A stretch of DNA of 63,990 nucleotides, filler included, from Octopus bimaculoides (GCF_001194135.2; 7 parts of 6 records of this genome joined end to end with filler, not necessarily neighbours in it); one strand, 5' to 3'. Shown: positions 1 through 13,829, counted from the whole stretch's first letter. Numbers and translations: made by a program. The notes: generated from the sequence alone by a model not told the origin.

Positions 1-34
<34 letters not shown>

Positions 35-294
35 TGTGTGCGTTGCGTGAGCATATTCACATTTCTTCAGGTAATTATAGTCAATCTGAGTAGCAGCGGC
101 CACTGGTTGTGCTTAGGTGTAAAGATTAGCATAGATAAAAACCAAGACTAACATGAGAATAAGTAAAAAAAAAAAAATAAGACAGAGAAACGGAAAACAT
201 TCGGACAAGCGAAAACAGGTGAATGAGATTATGTTTAGAAATAAAAAAAAAATACAAAAATGTTAAAATAAATACAATAATAACAATAATAATT

Positions 295-690
295 GGTAAG
301 TGGCTGATGATATGTGCATCTCTGATCAGGAATAGGAGTAGTGGGGGAGCATCATAGCCATGTGTTGAGAGGAATTCCTTGAAGTTTGAATAATTCACCT
401 CTAGAACGATAGGTGTGTCGTTCATTATTCCTAAAGAAACATGCAAGGAACTTTCAAGCAGAATCGGCTACTCGACCTGCAGGAAATTCTAATTGGGCCC
501 TTCCTGCAAGGTCATGCACTGTTTCTCTTGATATAAGCTCACTATGTCGTGCACACATTGATAGGTTGCATGTGCCTGGTGTACCCTTATCGGCAAGGTA
601 GTCATGGTGGGTGTATTGGGCTTGGTATATTTGTAGACCGTGTCGATTTGATGGCATGCATTCCTCTTTCATATTCAATATTAATGCTGA
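295..690 (+). repeat. Unclassified interspersed repeat (family E), copy 1; SINE- or LINE-3'-like
   Basis: Aligns by eye over ~340 nt with 61605-61986 (shared GATATGTGCATCTCTGATC, AGTAGTGGGGGAGCATCATAGCC, GTGTACCCTTATC); ends in a simple-repeat tail. Confidence 0.75.
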
Positions 691-731
<41 letters not shown>

Positions 732-734
732 CTT

Positions 735-803
<69 letters not shown>
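690..803. repeat. Head-to-head (TAG)n/(CTA)n trinucleotide microsatellite (self-complementary)
   Basis: (TAG)n switches at AGTACT to (CTA)n, its reverse complement. Confidence 0.95.
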
Positions 804-859
804 AAGTACAATAATTTTTATCATTTTCATTGTTAGCGCAAGCCCAGCAATTGTAAAGG

Positions 860-1015
860 AAGAGGTTAGTCGATTACATCGATCCCAGCTGGTACTTATT
901 TTATCAACTCTGAAATGACGAAAGGCACCGACTAACTATGCGGAGCTTGACCTCAGAACATAAGATTGATGGAATACAGCAAAGCATTTTCTCCGGCGTG
1001 CTAATGATTCTGCCA
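860..1015 (-). mobile_element. SINE family A copy
   Basis: Reverse complement matches 37878-38100 (GGCAGAATCATTAGCACGCCGG...TAAGTACCAG...GGGATCGATGTAATCGACT). Confidence 0.7.
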
Positions 1016-1220
1016 CGAATGTGAAAATACGTATTTATATTCGGAAGGATAATATAATTATATCATTATATTATTATATTGGTACTATTTCTATACGTAT
1101 TCATATGTAAGCGTTTACATCTACTCGTATTTCGATTGTGCATTCATTCTTAGCTCGAGATATTTAATTATATATTACTCTGAATAGTAATTGTTTTTAT
1201 ATTCATGAGTTCCCTGTTGT

Positions 1221-1263
1221 TTTCTGTTAATACGCTTAGCACAAAGATATATACAGTGCATAC

Positions 1264-1352
<89 letters not shown>

Positions 1353-1540
1353 TACACACACGTATATATATATATATAAATATATTTATATATGTATATA
1401 TATATACATATATATAAGTACATATATACACCCACGATCATACATATATATATACATTCATACGTATATATAAATATATATATATATATCCATATATATC
1501 TATACACACACGTATATATATATAGATATGCATGTATATT

Positions 1541-1572
<32 letters not shown>

Positions 1573-1629
1573 CATGCATACTTATATATATGCATGTATA
1601 TTTATATATATATATACACTTGTATATTT

Positions 1630-1661
<32 letters not shown>

Positions 1662-2075
1662 ATACATATATATATACATAGGAACATATATATACACATA
1701 TACAAATATAAATATACCTATATATATACATATGCACGTATCCACATATAAATATGCACATAAATATACATGTATACATATATATATATATATATATATA
1801 CACAATAATATACATATGTCTGCGTATATATCTATATGTATATATAGACACATATAGATGCATGTTTATATATCTATAGACACACACATATACACAAACA
1901 TATATGTATGTGTATATATCTATATATATATATATACACACATACATATAAATGAATATGAATATTTATATATATATAAATATATATAACTATATATATA
2001 TATAACTATAAATCTCTCTCTCTCTCTCTGTATATATATATACGTGTATGTGTGCGTGTGTGTGTATACACATTT
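1221..2075. repeat. (AT)n-rich compound microsatellite block
   Basis: Direct inspection; source of the spurious YI/IY ORFs. Confidence 0.95.
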
Positions 2076-2339
2076 TTGTATGTATATTTTACTTAAAATT
2101 ATATACGCACGCGATTCACAATTCGGACACGTATCTATAAATATTTATATTTCATTGAAACAAATTACCATTAAAACTACATCATGAACAACTGCAACAA
2201 CAACAATAAACGCAACAATTTGAATACCAACACTCACAACAGTTACAATAAATCTACAATATCATTCCTATATATAATGATTTTATAAACATTTGTTTTC
2301 CATACTATATGATATCTCTCTTACGCACGATCACATAAC

Positions 2340-2620
2340 CTACCCACCTACCGACTTACCCACTTACCTACTTACCTACTTACCTACTTACCTACCTACC
2401 CACTTACCTACTTACCTACCTACCTACCTACCTACCTACCTACCTACCTACCTACCTACCTACCTACCTGCCTGCTTGCTTGCTTGCCTTTGTGCCTGCC
2501 TGCCTGACTGCCTGCCTGCCTACCTACCTACCTACCTACCTACCTACCTACCTACCTGCCTGCCTGTATACATACATACATACGTACATACATGCATACA
2601 TACATACATACATACATACA
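2340..2620. repeat. Compound tetranucleotide microsatellite (CCTA/CCTG/CATA)
   Basis: Direct inspection. Confidence 0.95.
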
Positions 2621-2654
2621 TAAAAGGGATAGAGATGCTGGAAAAGCAGTGACA

Positions 2655-3200
2655 TGTGACAACCGATGCAGACTTTTTGAAGATAACACTGAAGATATCA
2701 CCCACATCATAAGCAGTTGTCTGAAAATGTCATCACAGTAATATCTACCGATGAAGCATGATGCTGCAGCTAGGACACTGTATAATGAGATCTGTCAGAA
2801 GCATAACCCCGAGGCCAAAGAAATAAGATCCCATAATAAAATAAGTACTGGTGGAATGTCCCACTGAAAACCTCAATAAAATGCAAGCACAACTGACCTG
2901 AAAAAAGGATTTGGATTAGGGAAGAGAAACTGTGTACAGTTGTGGAGATTAACTGAAGATCAGTGAAAAAAGAATACCTACGCTGAACTAGTGAGAAATC
3001 TGCACTTAGTCTATCCAGATTATGAGTTCAGGTTTATACCTGTAACTATTGGGACCCTGGGATGTGTAACACACTGCCCAAATCTTGAGAAATTTGGCTT
3101 CTCAAAACTAGAAAGGAGAAAGCTAATTGGAAGACTTCAGATCCAATCCATCGCTGGAACTGTAAAAATCTGTAAAACTTTCCAGAAGTTTATCATTTAA
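2655..3200 (+). mobile_element. RLE-type non-LTR retrotransposon (R4-like) 3' fragment: CCHC knuckle plus restriction-like endonuclease, degraded
   Basis: Translates to DNRCRL..EDITHIISSC, YWWNVPLKTSIKCKHN, EEKLCTVVEI and FRFIPVTIGTLG...GTVKICKTFQKFII*; related copies at 24890-25010, 31140-31817 and 44700-45200. Confidence 0.8.
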
Positions 3201-3224
3201 ATATATATGAGCATGTAAATGGAG

Positions 3225-3668
3225 TAAAACCTATTTAAGCATTTTATCTGACCAAATTCATCCTATACTTGCGAAACTGTTACCAGGAGGAAACGCAATC
3301 TTTCAGGATGATAATGCACCAACTCACACAGCTAAAGTTGTTACTCAACGGCACGAGGAACATTCCAGGGAAGTTGAACATCTTATCTGGCCAGCACAAT
3401 CCCCAGATCTCAATATTATTGAACATTTATGGTGTATTTTAGAAAAACAAGTAAGGAGTCGATATCCTCCACCATCATCACTACAAGAACTGGAGACTGT
3501 TTTAGCTGACGAATGGACAAAAATTCCTTTGGAAACAATTCAAACTTTGTACGAGTCCATACCTCGCAGAATTCAAGCTGTAATTACTGCTAAAGGCAGC
3601 CCTACCCCCTATTAAAATAAATTTGTTTGAAATTTTAAGGTGTTTTCTTTATTTTGTCCAACCCCTTT
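3225..3668 (+). mobile_element. Tc1-family transposase C-terminal fragment (DD34E) with right TIR
   Basis: AIFQDDNAPTHTA...WPAQSPDLNIIEHLW...SIPRRIQAVITAKG..PY*, followed by TIR-like TTTTGTCCAACCCC. Confidence 0.9.
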
Positions 3669-4161
3669 ATGTTTAGTATATACAAGTTGTTCCAGAATTA
3701 ACTATCCATTTCAATGAAATCAGACAAGTTTTTGAAAAACACACTTTTATTCATGTTTATCATGTGTAATATATGTCAAAAGTGTATAAATTTTCTACTT
3801 CTGTTAATAAATTTATAATTTTGTATGTTTTTCTCTATAATTTTATTTTCATTCCTGTTGCGTCCCGCTTATTTGTCCATGACAGCTTTTTTCTTTTTCT
3901 CAATTTGGCTGCAATTATTTCCTCTACCTCCATCTGTAAGATGGAGAAATAGTTTAGATGGACTTGAAGAACTCATTCAGTTAGTAGTGCAAGTGATAAT
4001 GCCTGAAATATTTTTCGTAACGGTAAGGATAGATTTGTAATTTGCAGGAATACACAAACGGAGCACGTGTTGAAAATTTTCAATAAAGTTTAGACGTAAG
4101 ATTTATAAATCTATCTGTTTTCGCATCACAATTCAGCAATAAGCATAAAAAGAAGCATAAT

Positions 4162-4199
<38 letters not shown>

Positions 4200-4224
4200 T
4201 GTCTCTAGCGACTAGACAAGCAGA

Positions 4225-4505
4225 TGTTGTTATACACCACTAGTCACACTACGATTTCCTGTATTGTTGAAACATTGAAACATTCAAATGATACCACCCT
4301 GCTGCCTAGGTGGGTTGCCAGGCCAACGTTGCCCTCGAAGAGAATACCAGACCGGCCCTGGTTTACCAATTTACAGCTGAGTCAAGTGCAACATCGAGAA
4401 ATGAATTCCTTTGTGGAATAAGACAAGTCACAGCTAGTCTGGGAATTGAAACTACGATCTTGCGATCGTGAGTGCATGTTATCTACTAGGCCACGTTCCT
4501 TCCCA
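4225..4505 (-). mobile_element. tRNA-headed SINE (family C variant)
   Basis: Minus strand has an A box (TGGCCTAGTAG) and a B-box-like GTTTCAATTCCC; head resembles 37700-37777 and 28320-28440. Confidence 0.6.
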
Positions 4506-4533
4506 CATACACACACACGTACACACACACGCA

Positions 4534-4609
<76 letters not shown>

Positions 4610-5009
4610 TGCAAATATGGACAAATGCGTACGTATACACATACAAATTTGCGGTCAAAATATGTTGCTTTCGCTCAAAAATGACATTAGGGGTGCTTCT
4701 TTAAAATGTGATGTGGTTACTAACAATGTTTATAATGCGTCGGAAGGAAATTACTCTGGAACAAATGTAGAAAATATATTATTTTTAAACACAGGGAATA
4801 AAGATCAAAATACCCTCTATATGTAACTATTAGTTTGAAAATAACTGAGATCAATCGTTTCCAGACATTGAATGCCACTACCACGTTTTTAAGTTTAACT
4901 TGTACTTATAACATTTTTCAAAAAAACCCAACATTTCGACAAGTTACAGAAGCTATACACATACAGGAAACCGACTAAAAACACACTTATTATTTAATAT
5001 AAAGATGGA

Positions 5010-5206
5010 TGGTAGTGAAAGTTAAAAGCGTTAGCACGCAGGACAAAAAGCATAGCGGTATTTCTTTCGACTTTACGACCCGAGTGCAAATACCGCTGAA
5101 GTCAACTTTGCTTTTCATCCTTTTGGGGTCGACAAAGAAATGCACCAGTTGAGCACTGGGGTCGATATAATCGACTTACCCCCTCACACACACTCATGCA
5201 CGTGCG

Positions 5207-5263
<57 letters not shown>

Positions 5264-5310
5264 ACTCACCACGAAATGTCTGGCCTCGGGCAAAAATTTG
5301 AAACCAATAT
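5010..5310 (+). mobile_element. SINE family A copy with (CA)n expansion before its tail
   Basis: CGTTAGCACGC...CAAATACCGCTGAAGTCAACTTTGCTTTTCATCCTTTTGGGGTCGA matches 37878-38100. Confidence 0.75.
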
Positions 5311-6384
5311 TTAATATAAAGAACGTGTGAGCAAGCAACGCTCTCAATGAATAACGATCACCACAACAATACAGGAACAAAGATAGAAATAAGTTCAAAA
5401 ACAACTGAAGTCAACCAACACGAATGCACATCGACACACACATACATAAACACTCACTGTTCTGACGTTAGCTACAACAAAATAAATGAAAATGAACAAA
5501 TAGAAATGTCATCAGCTCGAATGCTTAGTAGAGAGATGTAGCACAAGAAAAGCATCGACAAAGAAAACAATGCATTTTTCTCTTTTAAGGAGAATATATA
5601 CACCTATTGAGAAGGCAGCAGATTGATGCAGTGAAAATATTTTGGAGGACATCAACTGCATTGCAAAAAGTGAAGCAGAAAAGATAGTGACTTTAGGATT
5701 TATTAATTATGACATCTTCCCAAATATAACAACGTTACTAAATATCTAAGAAGTTATCTCAAAAATGCTGTGGTATCTCGAAAAGAGAATACCCAGCTAA
5801 GTGGTAATTTGTAACAACAATCTGCCAGCCAAAAACATAGAGGATTGGATTACGTTGTGATAGATAGATATTTTGCTGGAATGTTCTCTTAAAAATGCTT
5901 CACAAACATTATATGAATATTACATTTACGAAATAATATTCCATACACACTTAGGCATATGCGTACACTGCTACACGCACGAGCACGCGCACATACACGC
6001 ATACACACACACGCATACACACACACATATGTATTTGAAAAAAGATTTTCATACGAGTTATTAATTTTTTTTTTTAAATCTTAGAATAACAGAATAACAC
6101 AAACTTGTTGAAATGAAATTTTCCTATTCTGGGAAACGCTTTAAGTGTTCAATTTTTGAAACACCTGTGTTACAGGGAATCTGTACAGCGGAAGTGGTTT
6201 TTAATACTAGACCAACAGTTCTCTTTACAAATTACCCCATAACAGCTGTGTTTGAAAAATTGAACTACGAAAGCGCTTACACACAATGAGGAAAATTTCT
6301 TCCAAAAAGTGTGTGTCATTTTGTTTTCTAAAAGTTTTTTTAAAGCAGTTACAAAGTTTGAGGAAAATATTTTTTCAAAGACGT

Positions 6385-6416
<32 letters not shown>

Positions 6417-6717
6417 TACACATACGCATATATGTATATATACCATAAACCAAAAGCTCTCTGTGAAAGTATTAATGAATGTATTAATGAAAGGAAAATA
6501 TAGAAGACACATGTTTATTAAAATATTTATCACCTTTGGCCTTATTTCTATTCCATACAAATTCGATTTGATTTTGTCACATCACACAAGACACATTCAA
6601 TAAACATATTAATACTGTTGTAAATTTTCGTTACGTATTTAGGCTACAGCGATAATTTCATTTATATTAAATATTTTATTTGAATACAAATTTGGTAAAG
6701 ATATATGATATATGATA

Positions 6718-6840
<123 letters not shown>

Positions 6841-7124
6841 AGAAAAAGATTCCTCAACTTTAATAAGTGTTACGTCTTGATAACAAAAAGAATTCTTTAT
6901 AGAAGGTGATATTATGTATCTCGACTCTTTTACTTGGCTTAGTTATTGGGCTGTGGTCATGCTTGGTGCCTTGGCATAGCCCAGTGCATGCATTTGTATT
7001 TATCCGACTAAAATAATTCAAGTTCTCTCGTCGAACATATCGAACCATAATTTAAAATCTGAATTTTAGCTTAGTTTATCGGTCTCTGTACAAGGAGATA
7101 AACAAAGTCAAACCGATTCTCACA

Positions 7125-8250
7125 CGTTATGAAATAATACAAGAAATATGAGGTCATAAAATTCTTAAAGATGTATATAAGATCCTCCACATGAGAGAGC
7201 GTCCCTGACGCGTTTATCTATTGAATTTGTCATGGTAACTATTTCATCTGGTGTAATACTGTGAGCAGTATCCACAATAGCTTCCCAGAGTGCATCATTC
7301 ATTGAAATCTGCCATCCATCTTGATATATCTTCCTCTTCAGAACTCTCAATAGATTTTCAGTCAGGTTAAGTCAGGTAAACACGCTGGCCACTTCATCAA
7401 ATTGTGTTTAGAGAAGCCTAAATGCTATAGGTATTCCAGAGATTTCTTAGCTGCATGGGAGGGGGGCATTTTCTTCATGAATACCAGCATTCTATTTAAT
7501 GAAACTTTCTGCTTCTACAACCATGGCCTAAAATTGTTCTCCACAAAGGTAACATAGGCATTGTATGTCATATTAATCCTGTCTGTAACTTTCCAAGGAC
7601 CTACCAACTTGGCTCCAATGATGCCAGTCCAAATCCTGACTGCGCATCACCCTTTGTTGGCATCTGAAACGATGAGGACGATTTCCATTAATTGCAACCC
7701 ATCCTTATACCCCAGGCATCTGGTTAGTCTAGAGTAGCACGGCATTCGTCAGTAAAGAGGACTTTTGAAAAATCTATCTTAATGTAATCTTCTGCCCATT
7801 TGACTCTATTTTGTTTATAAACAGCTTTCAGGGGTTCCTTGTAACAGGTTTTACGTTCTTGGCTCCCTGATTTATGGTGCGACACCTGGTAGGTTTCGAC
7901 ATGTCTTCCTACCACAACGTTTAAACACTTCACGACTAGTTAGACACGTGTACTTCGCAACTTCCCTCGTTATATGTAACAGAGTATGCCTGGAAAGAAC
8001 CCTCGATTTACCCTTGCCAGCCCTCGAACAGACAGCAGAAGACTCCACAATTTATTCAGAGTTCGATGGTCTCTTCCCAGGTTCTTTTTTATTCCCAATG
8101 TCCTTTTTGTTTTTCCAAGCTGTGAGATGATGGTAGACTTCTCATTTGATGTTAAATCACGTTTTTGACCCAAAATAACACTTCTATTGGGCACTTGCAG
8201 AATAATCCAGGACGGTAAAATTGCAGCTGTTTCAGGAAAATAGTCACCGT
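7125..8250 (-). mobile_element. Tc1-family DNA transposon, near full-length but frameshifted
   Basis: ORF pieces GQKRDLTSNEKSTIISQLG, RVKWAEDYIKIDFSKVLFTDECRATLD, and ENL..VLKRKIYQDG...GGSYIHL. Confidence 0.9.
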
Positions 8251-8394
8251 TTGTTTACAATGTATTTTATTACAGTATGCGCAGGCAGATGTTTTCATCG
8301 TTCAGTGAAAAATATCTGGATTCGAACGAATAAATACTATGTTATTTAAAAAAAAAAAGCAAAAAAAACATAGCTGCCTAATAATTTGACATGC

Positions 8395-8396
8395 AG

Positions 8397-8472
<76 letters not shown>

Positions 8473-8525
8473 CCTATCTACCTATCTATCTATCTATCTA
8501 TCTGTCTGTCTGCCTGCCTGTCTGT
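8395..8525. repeat. (TCTA)n/(TCTG)n microsatellite
   Basis: Direct inspection. Confidence 0.95.
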
Positions 8526-8559
8526 CTATATTTTTTTCGTTTTCTTTTTCATTTTTGTA

Positions 8560-8765
8560 GTTTCAGCTCAGACCTGTGGCCATGCCGGGGCACCGCCGTT
8601 TCGCTACACTGTTATTACTGAGAGCGTCCTCTAATATGTGGCACTTGGTGAAGAATGGAGTTTGATTTAGCAACCCTCATTTGCATCTCTTGCCGTGAGG
8701 AAAGTTCATCTGGGTCTCTCGACAGGAAGAGGTCCAGTTTTGATTTGAAAACACATCCACTTTGT
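8560..8765 (-). mobile_element. CR1/L2-group LINE 3' end (ORF2 C-terminus, 3'UTR, stem-loop tail)
   Basis: VFKSKLDLFLSRDPDE...RVAKSNSILHQV, homologous to 11600-11720; ends GGCGGTGCCCCGGCATGGCC...CTGAAAC. Confidence 0.75.
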
Positions 8766-9632
8766 ATATATATATATATATATATATATATNNNNNNNNN
8801 NNNNNNNNNNNNNNNNNNNNNNNNNNNNNNNNNNNNNNNNNNNNNNNNNNNNNNNNNNNNNNNNNNNNNNNNNNNNNNNNNNNNNNNNNNNNNNNNNNNN
8901 NNNNNNNNNNNNNNNNNNNNNNNNNNNNNNNNNNNNNNNNNNNNNNNNNNNNNNNNNNNNNNNNNNNNNNNNNNNNNNNNNNNNNNNNNNNNNNNNNNNN
9001 NNNNNNNNNNNNNNNNNNNNNNNNNNNNNNNNNNNNNNNNNNNNNNNNNNNNNNNNNNNNNNNNNNNNNNNNNNNNNNNNNNNNNNNNNNNNNNNNNNNN
9101 NNNNNNNNNNNNNNNNNNNNNNNNNNNNNNNNNNNNNNNNNNNNNNNNNNNNNNNNNNNNNNNNNNNNNNNNNNNNNNNNNNNNNNNNNNNNNNNNNNNN
9201 NNNNNNNNNNNNNNNNNNNNNNNNNNNNNNNNNNNNNNNNNNNNNNNNNNNNNNNNNNNNNNNNNNNNNNNNNNNNNNNNNNNNNNNNNNNNNNNNNNNN
9301 NNNNNNNNNNNNNNNNNNNNNNNNNNNNNNNNNNNNNNNNNNNNNNNNNNNNNNNNNNNNNNNNNNNNNNNNNNNNNNNNNNNNNNNNNNNNNNNNNNNN
9401 NNNNNNNNNNNNNNNNNNNNNNNNNNNNNNNNNNNNNNNNNNNNNNNNNNNNNNNNNNNNNNNNNNNNNNNNNNNNNNNNNNNNNNNNNNNNNNNNNNNN
9501 NNNNNNNNNNNNNNNNNNNNNNNNNNNNNNNNNNNNNNNNNNNNNNNNNNNNNNNNNNNNNNNNNNNNNNNNNNNNNNNNNNNNNNNNNNNNNNNNNNNN
9601 NNNNNNNNNNNNNNNNNNNNNNNNNNNNNNNN

Positions 9633-9676
<44 letters not shown>

Positions 9677-9729
9677 ACACATACACACACACACAGACCC
9701 ACACATATATATAATTTAAATAAGCTGTA

Positions 9730-11030
9730 AATGGAGAAAAGTTTCGATCAACAAACAAACAAATTGACCAACATAGGTTAATTATCTTTTAATACAAAAC
9801 ATAGCATAACATTGCATAACGATTCTTACGGCCGTTTCGGCTGCCAATGTCAGTCGATGCTATCAAAGAAACTTCTGAAAATAATATTCGCCATCATTAT
9901 AGCACATTCGATCTAGTATATGGAGCTTAATATAATATATATTAAGTGAGATTAAGTAAACTGTGGTTTGTGACCATGTTAGTAATTAACAAGTGATTTA
10001 ATTTGTAATCGTTTAACTGCTCGAGGTTTTTGTGCTTTTGCCCTCTCCTATGTCTGAGAGGCTGAATGCACTCAGGTACGTGTAGACATTTACGTGTTCG
10101 TCTAGTATTATCACCACTTGGAAATATGCTGGCTGTTTTAAGATGTCAGATTTAGCATTATATTTCGAAGGTAATTTCCACTAGTATTCTCTTGTCCTAT
10201 CAATAGTCTCCCCTTAACTGTAAAAAATGTTTATAGCCGTATTGGTTGCTAGCATTTCTCTTATTTTTATTTTTATTTTATGTTATGTTGAGATGGTGTA
10301 GAAGTGCATAAGCGGCCTCGTCGCACTTATGACATAGTCTTCTCCCCCACATCTTTTATTTACTGGTTCATTGTTTTCTTTATTTACGTTTACTCCTTAG
10401 TTTAAATATAACTGACCAATTGTAGAGATGGTTGGACTTTGGTCAACTCCATTACGGAGAACAGGTGGTTGGTCTCTAGAATATTTCAGTAAGTACACCA
10501 TTATAAAAACTCTACGGGCTTGGTTTTGGGTAAATATTAATTAGCTCTATTTATGAAATCATAATTACTATGCTTTTTCTACACATATTGCAGATTCTTG
10601 TTTTACTTTAGCACTACTACTATTTGTACACCCTGGTATCCCTACATAAAGAGATAACACATAAATTATTTCTCTGCTAGTTCACTCTTTTGCCTATCGA
10701 CTTCAAGCTTCACACTGCAAAATGGTCTGATTCTAATATATTGAGCCCTCTGGCCTCATCTCGAGACCCTGTACTTTCCTCCGCCCTTTTTCTTTCGTTT
10801 ATTGTATTTTATATATTTGTATTCACTCCCATGAAGCTCCATGTGCTAGATCGAATGTGCTATAAAGATGGCGAATATTATTTTCGGAATTTTCATTGTA
10901 AGCACCGACTAACATTGACAGCCGAAACGGCTGTAAGAAATGTTATGCAATGTTATGTTATGTATTGTATTAAAAAACAATTTCACGATGCTGGCCAATT
11001 TGTTTGTTGGTCAAATGTTTTCTCCATTTT
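9730..11030. mobile_element. Element bounded by ~200-nt inverted repeats (9730-9928 / 10835-11030) containing HHR-like relics; probable decayed Penelope-like element
   Basis: Arms align by eye (AAGCTCCAT..CTAGATCGAATGTGCTATA...CAGCCGAAACGGCYGTAAGAA...GTTATGCAATGTTATG). PLE identity is inferred. Confidence 0.55.
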
Positions 11031-11224
11031 CTACTTTTTTAATTTGATTTCTGATAAACTTTTGTTTATTCAGTTATTACTTGTAACCCATGAGCATAGT
11101 GTGCTTGCATACCCATGCCCATGCCGATGGATAACATAGGTGAACGATGCCGGTAGTAGGAAGGGTAAGCTTGTCCCTTAGAAGGTCATGTTAACCTCTA
11201 ACTTTACTTGCCTATATATATATG

Positions 11225-11328
<104 letters not shown>

Positions 11329-11340
11329 AGGGAGGGAGAG

Positions 11341-11853
11341 CCACTGTCACTAGCTATGCCGATGATACAAAATTATCACAGGCAATAAAGAACCAAGATG
11401 ACGCTACAAACTTACAACTCGACATACAAGTGGGCCAAAATAAGCAACATGCAGTTTATTGCTGGAAAGTTCCAAACACTGCGCTATCAATTCACGAATG
11501 CACTACAGACTGTATATACAGGACCAGGTACAGCAATATTCTAAGATTCAAAGAGCCACAACTCTTCAATGGCCTGCATAAGAAATCTACATAAAGTGGA
11601 AGTAGACGTCTTCAAAAAAGAACTAGACATCCTCCTCTCCAAAATAGCGGATGAACCAATAGCCCGACATGAGGTGCAGACCAGAGCAGCAGAATCAAAC
11701 ACCCTTATACATCAGATGGGCCAATAGGTGGGACAAAGTCACATGCAAGAGTGGTGATGTGAAACACCCCAGAGTGAGGAAGCGAGAAAGACCACGGTGG
11801 TGCTCGAGCATACCGCAGCCACATGGGGGAAACGAGTGAAAGAGTAAAAAAGT
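11341..11853 (+). mobile_element. CR1/L2-group LINE 3' fragment (RT YADD to tail, internally deleted)
   Basis: SYADDTKLSQAIK...KWAKISNMQF; RNLHKVEVDVFKKELDILLSKIADEP...RAAESNTLIHQM; tail GAAACGAGTGAAAGAGTAAAA. Confidence 0.85.
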
Positions 11854-11874
11854 ATATCTCTAATATAAATCCCG

Positions 11875-11966
<92 letters not shown>

Positions 11967-12395
11967 AGTGTGTGTGTGTGTGTGAAAAATATTATAAAGG
12001 CTGTATTTTTCAACTGATTTTCTCCAAACTGGAAACATATATTACTTGTGTTCCAGGGATGGTTTTAGACTCTTACAATTTTCCCCGTAATGAGTAACGG
12101 GCCCCCCTGAGGGTAGAAACACCTGTTCTTGGGTTACGTGGAGAAAGGAGGTAATTCTTTGCGAAGTAATTCATTGCCTCCCTGATATTCATTGGTCATT
12201 AAAAAATATTGCTTTTTATATTAGATTCACGTTTTTGAAATTTAAAAGAAAATGCTTTCTTCAGGTTTCCTAGCATCAGTGATGTCTATATCTCTCTATC
12301 CATCTCTATCTATCTCTATCTTCTTATATCTCTCTATCTATATCTCCCATCCATCTCTATCTCTCTATATATCTATCTCTCTGTATCTCTCTGTC

Positions 12396-12456
<61 letters not shown>

Positions 12457-12959
12457 ATCTACCTTATTTGTTTAACTAGCTAGTTCTCCCTCTCTCTCTT
12501 TCTATCCCTCTCTCTGTATCTCACTCACTCTCTATAGTTTTCACTTTAAGTTCAATCGCTATTGTTTTCAATGAAAGTTTTCAGTTGCTATTTACAACGA
12601 CAAATTACTGACAGAAACAAGTTCACAATTACTGATGAAAGCAATTTCATACATGATTTACTGACAGAAGTAATTTCATAAATTTCACTTCAATCCGTAC
12701 ACTTCGTTAAATATGCCTACAAATTTATTATTTAATTTTGCACCGTTTTGTGTTCCTTGTTTTTCACGGAATTACTGATAAAAGTAAGTTCATATTTTAC
12801 TGACAATTTCCCTTAAATCCGTACACTTAGTTAATTTTCCTAAAGGTGTCTTACCTACTTTTGCAACGGTTTGTGTTTTTCTTTTGTTAACGTTTTTTTT
12901 CTGGTTCTTTTGATACTTGCTCTTTGGTTCACTCACAAATTTTCTGTAAACATTTTTTA

Positions 12960-13712
12960 TTTAATTTCTGCCCGTCGTATTAAGAAGTAAATTTTCCGTT
13001 ACCCAGTTATTTTCATAGTTTGCTATCTTCTGCATCCGTGTATTTCTGCATACGTATATAACCATGTCTAGTAGGAAAGTGTCGAATTTGTCTACAATGT
13101 CAAGGTCAGCCAAAAGGACAACTAAGTTCATACATTGTAAAGCAAGGAAGTGGCCTAGGGACGCACCTGCACTGTGCTGTAGTGGTGGAAAGGATAAACT
13201 CCCTGCCATTCCCCAATCTCCAGAGTCATTGAAGAAACGGTTGTCATCAATTGACCAAGATTCCAAGCATTTCCAAAACAAAATTACACAATACAACGCT
13301 GCACTACAGATGACATCATTTGGATCCACAAGAGATTAAACTGAGCCAGGATTCATGCAAACTTTCAAGATGCAAGGTCAGATTTATCATAGGATTGGCT
13401 CTCTACTACTTCTGTCAAATAAATCACCAAAACTGACCTTTCATTCTTTTATAATTTGTACCAGTTTTTTGGTTACGAAATAAGCTACACAAACGTGTTT
13501 TTGAATTACATGTACTTACTTTATATACATATGTTAGTTGAAAACTTTCTTTTAACATTTCACTTAGCGTCTACGGTCCATGCTGGTATGTGTTAGAAAT
13601 TATTAATGTAGAAAGTTGGTATCTCAGCTACTAACAGTTGAGACCTGTGTAAAATACATGGCGTTTTAAAATTTCATTATTATCACTAGCCCGGGCAACG
13701 CCGGGTATATAT
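12960..13712 (+). mobile_element. Helitron fragment (N-terminal Rep region plus 3' hairpin)
   Basis: CCSGGKDKLPAIP...YNAALQMTSFG...TFKMQGQIYHRIGSLL; hairpin CCCGG-GCAACG-CCGGG at 13690-13705 just before the gap. Confidence 0.85.
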
Positions 13713-13829
13713 NNNNNNNNNNNNNNNNNNNNNNNNNNNNNNNNNNNNNNNNNNNNNNNNNNNNNNNNNNNNNNNNNNNNNATATATATATACAAATATA
13801 TATACATATATACAAAATTTATAACCCGA

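Noticed and set aside
3680-6390. Possible DNA-transposon remnants (3680-4165, 6130-6390) and an RT-like trace (5560-5850)
   Set aside because: Too decayed to assign by eye.
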